Source of the DNA: Candidatus Bathyarchaeota archaeon | Lineage (GTDB): Archaea > Thermoproteota > Bathyarchaeia > Bathyarchaeales > Bathycorpusculaceae | Direction of reading: 5' to 3' | Assembly (NCBI GenBank): GCA_963827165.1 | Contig: CAWGZR010000009.1 | Span: forward strand, 160,001-224,000 | Length of the DNA stretch: 64,000 bases | Shown here: piece after piece, positions 41,122 to 51,194 of the stretch | Layout: the number at the start of each line of letters is the position of its first letter | Numbering within the stretch: position 1 is the first letter of the stretch | Position numbers and translations under genes: made by a program | The notes under the pieces: generated by a model | Database searches by the model: none | What the model was told of the DNA's origin: nothing | The model's input: the letters and a program-made list of their open reading frames with translations, nothing else

Positions 41122-42336
41122 TTATTGTTCTTCCAGCCAATTTCTTGAATTCATCACTGTTTTTCCCGCAACCTTCAAAGTCAATGCCCCTTCGTAGGGA
41201 CATTCCTCAACGCATCGAGCACAAAGTATACATCGCGATTCTGTTACGTCGCCGCCTTTTTTCTCGTACACAGCTGTCGCTTGAGTTGGACAAACGCGTT
41301 TGCAAACTCCACATTTGGTGCATTTTTGGGCGTTTTTACTCAAACGTGTCATAGCGATTTGTTTGAAAGGGGTAAAAGTGCTAAACAAAGCGGTTAACCC
41401 GCCCAAGGGGCAGATTCTACACCAGAACCGCCTATAGGCTAAAGCTAAAACTGTGATAGCACTTAAGACGGCTAAATTTATGGATGTAACGTAAAACCCC
41501 AAGGTCCATAGTGGCCCAGAGGTTATTCTCGAGACGTATGAAAATTTCATTTCGCCCAGCGCACATTCAATCAGAATACAAAGAGGCCGCATCGGACAAA
41601 CCAGACAGAAAGGCTGTTCCAAATTGCCGACATTGCCCGCTTGTCCCGTGGGTCCCGCAGGTGTTGTTCCTGGAATAAGCTGGGCGCCAAAAATGGCGTA
41701 TGAAGCAAAAATGACGCTGAGAAGTAAAATGACGGTTATGATAATATAGCGTGATTGTGAAATTGCAGAGCTTGTTTTTTTGGAAAGGTGCAAATGTCGG
41801 AGCCTTGAGGTTTTGCGAATTCGGGTTAACACATCCTGATAGAGGCCGAAGGGGCATAGCCAACCGCAGAAAAACCTTCCCAAAATTATAGACGCGACCG
41901 CAACCAAACAAATGACGACACCTATTTTTTCTAAACCTGAGGTAGAGTATATTGCTTCATACCCGTTTGAAAAGTTCCAGTACGGGAAAATGTAGGCTTG
42001 AAGTTGCCAAAGAGCGCAAGTGACTGTTCGACCATTTGAGTAGTAACATGCTAAAACGGGAATAGAGAAACCATCTGGAAACTGGTTCTTCAAAAAACTG
42101 GCTCCAAGTAACAGGCTTCGCGGCGAAGATCCAATGGGCTGCCACATCGGTGTATCGAAAGGACCCGACACAAGCCCCATAAATATTGCAACGAGCGAGT
42201 TTACTTGTATGAAAAGCCTCAACGAGCTAACTTTACTGGTTTTGTTTTTGGACAGTTTAACGATAAGGTAGATCCCCACCAGTATTACTGCGACGAATAC
42301 AGGTAACACAATGTTGATGGGGAGCTCCCACGTCAT
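41122..42336 (-). CDS. Membrane 4Fe-4S-binding protein (NapH/MauN-like)
   Basis: GRFFCGWLCPFG, RRFWCRICPLG and two CxxCxxCxxxCP ferredoxin motifs. Confidence 0.9.
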   Translation of the reverse strand: MTWELPINIVLPVFVAVILVGIYLIVKLSKNKTSKVSSLRLFIQVNSLVAIFMGLVSGPFDTPMWQPIGSSPRSLLLGASFLKNQFPDGFSIPVLACYYSNGRTVTCALWQLQAYIFPYWNFSNGYEAIYSTSGLEKIGVVICLVAVASIILGRFFCGWLCPFGLYQDVLTRIRKTSRLRHLHLSKKTSSAISQSRYIIITVILLLSVIFASYAIFGAQLIPGTTPAGPTGQAGNVGNLEQPFCLVCPMRPLCILIECALGEMKFSYVSRITSGPLWTLGFYVTSINLAVLSAITVLALAYRRFWCRICPLGGLTALFSTFTPFKQIAMTRLSKNAQKCTKCGVCKRVCPTQATAVYEKKGGDVTESRCILCARCVEECPYEGALTLKVAGKTVMNSRNWLEEQ

Positions 42337-42403
42337 CTTGCGTTTCTTCCTATTTGTTGTTTAACTCTGAATCTTTGCTGACTGCCATAACCTATTCTCC
42401 CAG

Positions 42404-43609
42404 TTACTCGCTGGTTTTTACTTTAACTAAGAAAGCAATAACCACGACCACAGCTAATGCAGACACCCCTGTAATAGCTATTGAATTCTCTTGATAGAAG
42501 AGCAAGTTTGAATTTGACTGACCGTTTCCAAGAGCGGAAACACCACTAGGGGTGGCTGTGTGCATCTGAGGGTTATTATTATCCACGGTCGAAGGAGAGG
42601 GCGATACACTCATTGTCGAAGTCACATTTAACATGGAAACCGTGCTGCTGCCAAAATTTGTAACGTAGACATATGTACCGTTGGGTGTTACCGCTACATC
42701 GTATGGGCTGCTTCCAACGGTTAATTTTGCCGTCACATTGTTTGTAGCTGTGCTGATCACTGATACTGAAGCGCTGTTGTCGTTCGCAACGTAGGCGTAT
42801 TGCCCATTGGGAGTTATAGCCAAACCTAAAGGTTCTCTTAAACCAGTTACCGTTGAAATCACCTTGTTTGTAGCGGTGTTTATCACGGAGACCGAACCAC
42901 CACCGGAGTTTGCAACATAAACATACTTGCCATCTGGAGTTACAGCCACGCCAAAGGGACCACTTTGAACGTACACCGTCGCTGTCAAAGTGTTCGTAAC
43001 CGTGTTTATGACCGAAACCGTGCCGACTCCAAAATTTGTAACATACGCATATTCTCCGTTGGGCGTAACAGCAACGCTTTGAGGATTGCTACCAACAGTT
43101 ACAGTCGCCATAACGGTGTTCGTAGCCGTATTGATCACCGAAGCCGTGCCGCTGCCAAAATTTGAGACATAGGCATACTTACCATTAGGCGTTACAGCCA
43201 CGCCAAAAGGACCATTTCCCACGGTTACAGTCGCCACTATCTTGTTTGAGGATATGTTTATAACGGAAACCGACCCGCTGCCGCCGTTTGTAATGTAGGC
43301 GTATTTGCCGTTGGGCGTTAGAGCTATTCCAAAAGGATCATTTCCGCCGGTTATTTTTGCGGTAATCTTATTCGTATTGGTGTTTATCACCGAAACTGAA
43401 CCGCCGCCATTTGTTACATATGCATATTTTCCATCAGGTGTAACGGCCACATCAAAAGGTTCGCTTAAACCTTTTACCGTAGTTGTCAATGTCTGTGCTC
43501 GAACTTGCTGCGGCAAAAAAACGAAGGCACTGAAAAGAAAGAATATGGCAAAAAGGGTACAGCCAATCGTCAAACTCTTTGTCATCCCACTCGTCATCAT
43601 TTCGCCCAT
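42404..43609 (-). CDS. Secreted YVTN/YncE beta-propeller protein with TM anchor
   Basis: Seven repeats of P.GVAVTPNGKYAYVTN...SVSVINTAT. Confidence 0.9.
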   Translation of the reverse strand: MGEMMTSGMTKSLTIGCTLFAIFFLFSAFVFLPQQVRAQTLTTTVKGLSEPFDVAVTPDGKYAYVTNGGGSVSVINTNTNKITAKITGGNDPFGIALTPNGKYAYITNGGSGSVSVINISSNKIVATVTVGNGPFGVAVTPNGKYAYVSNFGSGTASVINTATNTVMATVTVGSNPQSVAVTPNGEYAYVTNFGVGTVSVINTVTNTLTATVYVQSGPFGVAVTPDGKYVYVANSGGGSVSVINTATNKVISTVTGLREPLGLAITPNGQYAYVANDNSASVSVISTATNNVTAKLTVGSSPYDVAVTPNGTYVYVTNFGSSTVSMLNVTSTMSVSPSPSTVDNNNPQMHTATPSGVSALGNGQSNSNLLFYQENSIAITGVSALAVVVVIAFLVKVKTSE

Positions 43610-44489
43610 CGGTCAACCCTCGGCAAATACCAACGACTTGCTGTCAGTATAGGGACGCTAAAAAGCTTTAGCTTTTCACACTCACGAATGCACAAATTGA
43701 TAACAAAAACAGAAAGTAGGTTAAGACGCAGTTTCGAGACATAAATTTGTCACAGAGCCAAATTGGGAATCGTTAATGTTGAATTCGTTCGGAGATACCA
43801 ACGCAACCCGTTCTTTTCGTTTGCCCCTGCATTTCTTTTTGCTGTTCCTTTCTTAGTATTTCCAAACATTTACTTTATTCTTGGTCAATTCAGGCTTCAG
43901 CTAATGATCCCATTGTTATTTGCTTTATCCAGCATTTCAAAGAACATTCGAATGCGCAGAACAGAGGATAGTATTCTAAACTTCCCAAAACCTTCCACCG
44001 CGCATAGGGTACCTTAAACAGAGAGATTTGAAACCTTTACCCTTTTCTAAAAAATAGATTTAAGTCAAAGAAGGACAATTCAAAAAGGAGCACGGGCATG
44101 GAGTTATAAGATTTGGCGCATCAACTAAATTGCGCCTTTGCTAAACCTAAGGCGCTTGTTTTTTATGGTTTCAATATTTTACTAACCGCTAGAGCTTTAT
44201 TGATGTAGAATTTCGGCCAAGATTTCTTTGCGTCTCTCTTTGCGGTTCTTCTTTTGGTTCTTCATGCCTAAGAGCAATATCATATCGTTAAAATAAAAAC
44301 TTTATTGATTTCAGCCTGATGCAAAAGCTGATGAACCAAGCGTTACCGGGGTAACAAAGGGTAATGATGGCGAACTGAAGGGAGCGTTAAATTGTACTAT
44401 TTAGAACATTAATTAAATAATTTGTTACGGAAAAGTCGCAATACATAAAAACCATACCAGTTAGAAAAGCCCCTATGTAGGTGTATATA

Positions 44490-44828
44490 ATGGATTTCTG
44501 CCCAAAATGCGGATCGATACTTCAAACAACAAAAAAAGGCTCATCCAAACTCAAATGCCAAAAATGCAAATACGAAAAACCAATTGAACAAAAAGAATCA
44601 AACAAGAAAATATGCGTTCAACTTGGTAAAGGAGCCGAAATAGCTGTAATAGACCAAACCAAGGAGGCAATGCTAAGACAGCTTCCGACAATTCATTTGG
44701 TATGTGAAACATGCGGAAACACCGAAAGCGAAACTTGGACCGTCGAATCTGCAGACGAAACGATCCATTCAACAGTTACATTCTTCAGATGCACAAAATG
44801 TAAAACCACAAAAAGAGAATCGGGATAA
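44490..44828 (+). CDS. Divergent transcription factor S (TFS/RpoM) paralog
   Basis: MDFCPKCGS...CQKC N-terminal ribbon and CETCG...SADETIHSTVTFFRCTKC C-terminal ribbon. Confidence 0.8.
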   Translation: MDFCPKCGSILQTTKKGSSKLKCQKCKYEKPIEQKESNKKICVQLGKGAEIAVIDQTKEAMLRQLPTIHLVCETCGNTESETWTVESADETIHSTVTFFRCTKCKTTKRESG

Positions 44829-45086
44829 TCAAAATAACACACTTCCAAAAACGATTGATTTTAAGAAAAAATGGGAAATGCCAGTGACTCCTCCACGGAT
44901 AGCCGTTCAAGTGCCGCCGGATTCACCAATGAAAAACTCGAAATAGAAGATGAAATATTTTAAGGCCATGCGTTTAACCTCATCAGCTTCCCTAATCTCC
45001 CTGTGCATTTACCGTCACTTACAAAAAAATGATGACTTTTCAACTCCATTCGAGAAATCATCAGTTTTTAGAAACAGAGGTAAGGA

Positions 45087-45272
45087 TTGTTAATTCAAAA
45101 AATCTTTAAGATGGAAATAACAACTTCTTGCGCTATGAAATTTGTCGATGAAGATGACGGGGAGTTTTGCCTCAAATGCCAAAGTCGAAAAGAACGTATC
45201 TTTGAAAACGGGCTGGTAGTTTGTCGAAACTGCAGGCATTTAAAAGCCGTTAAATTACCGATACCCCTTTAA
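45087..45272 (+). CDS. Small Zn-ribbon protein
   Basis: CLKC...CRNC. Confidence 0.5.
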   Translation: MLIQKIFKMEITTSCAMKFVDEDDGEFCLKCQSRKERIFENGLVVCRNCRHLKAVKLPIPL

Positions 45273-45868
45273 CTTTAAAACAGCGAAACAATAAACCGCG
45301 CATTTAATTTTACAGTGGCGACGATAAAACCTGTTAAAATTTTAGCTGGAACGGCTTTACCCTCCACATTTACTTACTCCAAACCTCCTGTTTCCAGCAA
45401 ACAACTCGGAGCTTCCAGAGCTTTCTTGGTTGGTAATTCTGCCTTTGCTCCTTTCCGTGCTTTCTGTTGTTGTTATAGTTAGGCATCGTTCAGCCATCTT
45501 TTGAATCTGTAGAAAAAAACGACCATGGCACTCTTAATCTCACAATGAAAGCTGATGGTAACCTTTTGGTTATGCGGTCAATTCTGTTATTCAAAAACTT
45601 ATTGATGACTGAAAATAAAGAAACAGGAACATGTGCAATCCATCAGCCCTAATTTTTGCTCTTACGCTTCCTTGACCGACATTCAATTCCTAAAGCATAA
45701 AACAAATCTTTTCTTCTCTTGCCGTTAACGAATCGTTTATTAAATAATCTCTTCAAAAGGTCAAAATCACTTACCTTTGAATTGGAGGGAGTGTTCAATG
45801 ATTTCCTTAGCGGGTTTGTCAGAGGATTACTTAATTATTTTTGAACCAAAGAAACGGAGATTTGTCAG

Positions 45869-46039
45869 TCATTTAGCTTTTAGAAGTTCATCCATTAAGG
45901 TAAGCAAGAAATATCCTTGTTCTTTGTCTAACTTGGTGCATGATAGACCATGAAGTAAACGATAAACCTCGACACCATATTTCTCTTTGATTTGTTTCCC
46001 ATTGTGCTCTATAATCTCGGAGCTTGTATTTATGCTCAT
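45869..46039 (-). CDS. Small hypothetical protein
   Basis: MSINTSSEII... with GTGAGGA upstream of the internal ATG. Confidence 0.4.
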   Translation of the reverse strand: MSINTSSEIIEHNGKQIKEKYGVEVYRLLHGLSCTKLDKEQGYFLLTLMDELLKAK

Positions 46040-46086
46040 TAAAGTCCTCACTTCCTCATTCTTGGATTCAGATATAAGACTTATCT

Positions 46087-46272
46087 TTATGAAAACTTTC
46101 CAACACACATAAGGCACTCTATAGGAAACATGTTTTGAATGTTCATTAGCTCATGTGAACATAGAGAACAGAAGCAAATTTGACATTTTATACAGAACTT
46201 GAAGACTCCACCAATCTTCTTCACCACACAAAGATAACAGCACACTATTGTTGTTTCATCTTGTAACAACAT
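46087..46272 (-). CDS. Small Cys-rich, B-box/RING-like protein
   Basis: CYLC, CIKC, CSLCSH and CLMC. Confidence 0.45.
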   Translation of the reverse strand: MLLQDETTIVCCYLCVVKKIGGVFKFCIKCQICFCSLCSHELMNIQNMFPIECLMCVGKFS

Positions 46273-46317
46273 AATTTTATAATCTAAAAATATTAATTAA
46301 GAAATCTGGTAAGAGGA

Positions 46318-46557
46318 ATGGAACAAAAACAAGTCTACAAAGTGGATTTGACCAAAATTGATGGGAACGGAGACTTTCCATGTCCAAGATGTGGAAATGT
46401 TATTTCGCCAGATGAGACTACTGAAGAAACCTACTGCATTATAGAGCCAAAAGTCAATTGTCGCGGTTTGGAAGAAGTGGTGATTTCTTGCAACAAATGC
46501 AAAAGTACCATTCATTTGACCGGATTTACTCTTTTGGAAAAATTATCGATTAAGTAA
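46318..46557 (+). CDS. Small Zn-ribbon protein
   Basis: GDFPCPRCG...CNKC with a GAGG RBS. Confidence 0.75.
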   Translation: MEQKQVYKVDLTKIDGNGDFPCPRCGNVISPDETTEETYCIIEPKVNCRGLEEVVISCNKCKSTIHLTGFTLLEKLSIK

Positions 46558-46757
46558 ATGCATAACCCCTCGCAATTTTTACTTAATTTATCTTCTTATT
46601 GTTTCAGCAGTCTTTGAACCACGTCTAGTTTGTGTAACTTTCTTGAAAAACTCCAATTGATTAATGGCTATATAAAACGACAGATGACTATCTTGAAAAA
46701 CAATTATTTATTAGGTTAAACTCTTGACATTACGTTGTTTACTGAGGCTTTAAAGAC

Positions 46758-48212
46758 ATGAAAGCATTCATAATTCAATTTCCATTCGGCGTCGCAGCCT
46801 TTGACGACAAAAAAGGTCTAGTTGAAAAGGTTCTGTTCCCGAAGAAACCTCTGGCAGCTGCAAAAAGCCTGCTAAAAACCGAGACGGGAAAGCTCTCTGA
46901 CGAAGTTTTCGCACTCGTAACTCTGCTAAAAAATGCGGGTTATGATACATTTGTTTTTGAAAACGGCAACTTAGCCGAGGAGACCCAGCGCAAAATGAAT
47001 GTGACCGTTGAAGTAGCTAAAGGCGCTGAAGCTGATGATTTACGCGGGCTGATGAGTCAAGTCGCGGTTGAATCGGGGTTTGCCAAGGATGACCAAGAGC
47101 TGAGCCTTTGGAACCGCAACGTCAGCATGGAACTAACTAAGCTGCGGGTCAAGGGCGCCGCTGAGAAAAGGGACTTAATCGTTGCTCAGGGCATTCAAAC
47201 GCTAGATGATTTAGACCGAACGGTTAACCTGTTCATGGGCAGACTACGCGAATGGTACGGCGTCTACTTCCCAGAGCTTGACCGACTAGTCGAAAAACAC
47301 GAAACCTACTCGCGCTTAGTCATGAATTTGGGTTACAGAGAAGACTACACGGCAGAAGCATTGGAAAAAGAGAACGTTCCCAAGGAACGAGCACTACTTC
47401 TTGTAAAAGCGGCTGAGGCATCCATGGGCGCAGACATCGCGGAACTCGACTTAAACCAAATCCAAGAATTGGCAAGAAACGTTCTTGCATTCTACGAGTT
47501 ACGCAAGAACATGGAAAACTATGTCGACCGAACAATGGAGGAAATGGCGCCAAACGTCCGAGCCGTGGCAGGAGCGCTTCTGGGCGCACGACTAATCGCT
47601 ATGGCAGGCAGCCTGCAAAACCTCGCTATGAGACCCGCCAGCACAATTCAGGTTTTAGGCGCAGAAAAAGCTCTCTTCCGATCACTCAAAACGGGTGCAA
47701 GACCGCCAAAACACGGCTTAATCTTTCAACATACGCTGCTGCACGACGCTAAACGGTGGCAACGTGGAAAAATCGCGCGTGTCATCGCTGGGAAACTCGC
47801 CATCGCGGCTAGGGCAGACGCTTTCGGAGGCAACTTCATCGGCGAACGGCTAAAAGCTGACATTAATAAGCGGCTTGATGAAATCCATGAGAAGTACAAA
47901 GAACCGCCGGTACCCAAGGAACCCAAACCCCGAATAGAAAGTGGAGGGCGACCGCCCTTTAGAGAACGCAGGGAAGGCGGCGGTGAACGACCCTTCAGAC
48001 CTCCTCCGCAAGGCGGGGAACGACCATTTAGCCCACCTTCGCAAGGAGGAGGCGAACGCCCTCAAGGTGGAGAGCGCCCATACAGACCGCCGCCTCAAAG
48101 CGGAGAAAGGCCATATAGACCTCCACAACAGGGCGGGGGCGGAGGGCGACCGTACGGTCAAAACCGTGGCGGGCCACAAAGAGATAGGCGCCGGAGAAGA
48201 GAACGGCGTTGA
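46758..48212 (+). CDS. nop5: Box C/D sRNP protein Nop5 (Nop56/58)
   Basis: LREWYG.YFPEL, PASTIQVLGAEKALFR and PKHGLIFQ. Directly upstream of fibrillarin. Confidence 0.95.
   Translation: MKAFIIQFPFGVAAFDDKKGLVEKVLFPKKPLAAAKSLLKTETGKLSDEVFALVTLLKNAGYDTFVFENGNLAEETQRKMNVTVEVAKGAEADDLRGLMSQVAVESGFAKDDQELSLWNRNVSMELTKLRVKGAAEKRDLIVAQGIQTLDDLDRTVNLFMGRLREWYGVYFPELDRLVEKHETYSRLVMNLGYREDYTAEALEKENVPKERALLLVKAAEASMGADIAELDLNQIQELARNVLAFYELRKNMENYVDRTMEEMAPNVRAVAGALLGARLIAMAGSLQNLAMRPASTIQVLGAEKALFRSLKTGARPPKHGLIFQHTLLHDAKRWQRGKIARVIAGKLAIAARADAFGGNFIGERLKADINKRLDEIHEKYKEPPVPKEPKPRIESGGRPPFRERREGGGERPFRPPPQGGERPFSPPSQGGGERPQGGERPYRPPPQSGERPYRPPQQGGGGGRPYGQNRGGPQRDRRRRRERR
47976..48160 (+). repeat. Coding tandem repeat GGERP(F/Y)xPPxQ, about five copies
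   Basis: GGGERPFRPPPQ-GGERPFSPPSQ-GGGERPQ-GGERPYRPPPQ-SGERPYRPPQQ. Confidence 0.85.
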
Positions 48213-48907
48213 CCGTCAGGGTTAAGCCGCATCCAAAATTCAAGGAAATCTATGAGGTCACTCTTGAAGACGGGGCCAAACGTCTTGCCACACGGAACCT
48301 AACACCGGGTTTGAATGTTTACGGGGAACGACTCGTTAAGTTCAAAAGTATTGAGTATCGGGTTTGGGATGCTTTTAGAAGCAAATTGGCTGGAGCAATC
48401 ATAAGGGGTTTACAGAACGTTCCCATCGAGGGGAGCAGCAAAGTGCTTTATCTAGGCGCTGCGTCGGGAACCACACCCAGCCACGTCTCTGACATCGTCG
48501 GCGAATCGGGGCATGTTTACTGCGTTGAGTTTGCCCAGCGCTCAATCCGCGATTTGGTCAACAACGTCGCCACATTCCGCCCCAACATAACACCGATACT
48601 CGCGGACGCGCGCATGCCAGAAAAATACGCCATTTTCATCTCAGGCAAAGTTGACACAATCTACTGCGATGTGGCGCAGCCGGAGCAGGCAAAGCTTCTC
48701 GCGGACAATGCAGACGTTTTTCTTAAATCTCTGGGCTGGGTTATGATTGCTGTTAAGGCGCAAAGCATCGACGTGACTATGGACCCCGAAGCGGTTTATC
48801 GTCAGGAAGCAGGCATCCTGCGCAAAAGAGGTTTCGACGTGTTAGAAGTAGTTAATTTGGAGCCTTTCGACAAGATGCACGCAATGATAGTGGCTCAAAA
48901 AAAGTAA
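48209..48907 (+). CDS. flpA: Fibrillarin-like rRNA/tRNA 2'-O-methyltransferase
   Basis: RSKLAGAI, VLYLGAASGTTPSHVSD and DVAQPEQ. Confidence 0.96.
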   Translation: MTVRVKPHPKFKEIYEVTLEDGAKRLATRNLTPGLNVYGERLVKFKSIEYRVWDAFRSKLAGAIIRGLQNVPIEGSSKVLYLGAASGTTPSHVSDIVGESGHVYCVEFAQRSIRDLVNNVATFRPNITPILADARMPEKYAIFISGKVDTIYCDVAQPEQAKLLADNADVFLKSLGWVMIAVKAQSIDVTMDPEAVYRQEAGILRKRGFDVLEVVNLEPFDKMHAMIVAQKK

Positions 48908-49133
48908 AACCTGGAAAACAGCTCCTACATATCCTTTTCACATAATAGGAACTTAACGTAGGAGTATGTTTCCGTATGCTGTGCTTTGTTAGCAAGAGAA
49001 GTAATACCTTTCCCAAGTTTTCATAAGAGCAGATCTCAAATCTGCATAGCGTGGAAATGGATTAATTCTTAGTCCAGAAACTTTGACTAAAACCAGTCAA
49101 GAAAACTTTACGAATAGCCTTTTATTGTAAAAA

Positions 49134-49709
49134 ATGTTTCCAAGTGAAATTATGAGCAAGATTAGAACCGCAATAACAGCTCTGATTGTTGTTGTCCTCT
49201 TTGTTAGTGCAATTGCTGAAACGGCAATTTACAACACTGCTTTAAACAATAAAAATTCAAAAATAGTTTTGTTGCAATCTCAAATTTCAAATCAAAAAAA
49301 GGAAATCGCCAATTTGACAAGTCAAATCGCAGTTCAGCCAGATTTATCCAAACCTCACCTCATAACAGAATTAGGAGTCACTGAACTTGAAACCGATTGG
49401 GGTCCGTCTTGGCGGCTTTTCATTCAAGGCGCCGCTTATAACATGGGAAACAGCACAGCATACAACGCTGGACTAAGAGTCGAAGCTTATTCGGGCACAG
49501 GTATATTAGAGATAAACATGACCGTGCCATTTGTCAACGGATACAATTACGGGACGGATTCGTCGATTACCACTCAGTTAACTCAACTTGGTCCAGCCCA
49601 ACTTGGAAATCTAACTAGCGGCCAGGCAGTGATGATTGACTTAGACATCTACCATGAAGGCGTTGTAACCAACTGGTCTGTAACGCCGGTGTGGACAATT
49701 TCGCCCTGA
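49134..49709 (+). CDS. Hypothetical membrane-anchored protein with a short coiled coil
   Basis: N-terminal TM helix, heptad segment and a beta-rich C-terminal domain. Confidence 0.65.
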   Translation: MFPSEIMSKIRTAITALIVVVLFVSAIAETAIYNTALNNKNSKIVLLQSQISNQKKEIANLTSQIAVQPDLSKPHLITELGVTELETDWGPSWRLFIQGAAYNMGNSTAYNAGLRVEAYSGTGILEINMTVPFVNGYNYGTDSSITTQLTQLGPAQLGNLTSGQAVMIDLDIYHEGVVTNWSVTPVWTISP

Positions 49710-49842
49710 TTTTCAGATTTTAGGCCTTTTCCCACGGCAGGGGTGAACCAACCACCTATGCAGAGGGTCAAGAAACGGTGATTTGAGTTAGTCAAGATAT
49801 TTAACGAATATCCTATTATCTTTATAGCCATCATTAAGGGTT

Positions 49843-50538
49843 ATGGCAACCTTGGAAATCGCACTGATTGAAAAAAACAAGCGAGGATATATTCCAATTA
49901 TTATCGGTTTCTTCCTAGTCGTTCTTGGAATTGTTACATTAATCCTTGAGTTGCAAAATGCAAACCAGAACGGTTACAACCTTACTGGTTGGCTAAATTT
50001 TTACGATTTTTGGGTCATAGTCATCTCTTTTTGCTTCATCGCAGGAGCATTGTTGATAGTGATTGGAATGTTTTTCTTGAGAAGAATTTCCAACATATTG
50101 TCCTACGCCTTAGTTGCTGCTGGATTTGCTCTAATCGTATTTGAAGTATCCAGACTTCTTATCGTGTTGGGGGAAAACAACACGTTAAGTAACAGCGGTA
50201 TAGGTTGGAGTGATTTTCAAAGTTATTGGTCCTTAGGTTTTTTCTCTTTTTTGTCAACCAGCGTTTTTCTCACAGTTTTCGGAGTGATACTTGGACTAGG
50301 ACTTCGCTTTAAATGCAAAGTGGGTTTTGTTGTAGCAACTGGCGGGTTTGCCATAATGCTTGTTGGAGCATCCTTGTTAGCTACGAATTTGGCGACAAGC
50401 CTTGATTATTATCCGTCAAATTATTATTTCAGTTTAAAGGTCGCCTGGAGTACGACTATTTCTTATTTTCTGATAATCGGAGCGTTAATAGTAGTTATTG
50501 GAACAGGATATTTGATGTGGGCAAGAAACAGAAATTAG
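49843..50538 (+). CDS. Hypothetical six-TM membrane protein
   Basis: Six hydrophobic helices in apparently three similar hairpin units. Confidence 0.65.
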   Translation: MATLEIALIEKNKRGYIPIIIGFFLVVLGIVTLILELQNANQNGYNLTGWLNFYDFWVIVISFCFIAGALLIVIGMFFLRRISNILSYALVAAGFALIVFEVSRLLIVLGENNTLSNSGIGWSDFQSYWSLGFFSFLSTSVFLTVFGVILGLGLRFKCKVGFVVATGGFAIMLVGASLLATNLATSLDYYPSNYYFSLKVAWSTTISYFLIIGALIVVIGTGYLMWARNRN

Positions 50539-51194
50539 CGTAATGCCTACTAAACAAAAAGAAAATAGTGGACTCATGACTTATTGAATTATAGTTGGGC
50601 TCACTTAAAAATTCATTAATTAATCCCCCCCGTTATTTGTTTTTTATAATGGAAAGACACACAGCAGTTTAAGTCATGGTAGAAATAATATTATTTTTTG
50701 CAATATATCGATTATTTCTTTAGGCTAATGCATGGTTGATCTTTGAAATACTTGATTTAAAAGTATGGAACCTTCTCTGAGAATTACAAAACGTGTCCAC
50801 CAAGGATGCCCACTATTATGGAAACTATGAAAAGCACAATAATGCCAATAACCAAGATTTTCTTAGTTGAAGACTTCATTTGATGCGGCGTCCCCTAATG
50901 TCTCTTGTATAGATATGTTCAGTATTTGAATTTAGGCTTTATGAACTGAACATAATCTGGGCTTTGGGTTTCTATGAGATTGGGCCTTGCGCCTCCTTTT
51001 TCTGACGTCTTTTTGGATGCCAATTCTATTCAATATCCGGGCACCAACCGTTGTGAAAGATGAAGTGGTAATTATCGAAGTTTGCCCAAAAACTATTGGT
51101 TTTAACACTCAATAAAAGAGACCATCTTAGCAATCGTTTCACATTACTATTCACAAAAAAGCGTGATTTTTCTCCAGCGGCCAGACGCAGTTGG

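Noticed and set aside
42640-43500. CRISPR-like or DNA-level repeat array
   Set aside because: The repeats are degenerate coding repeats of YVTN blades. The same applies to the PQQ repeats at 59400-60330.
44327-44380. Possible box C/D sRNA (CTGATGA ... ATGATGG ... CTGA)
   Set aside because: The second guide would be only 4 nt and the D' box is poor, so the spacing does not fit.
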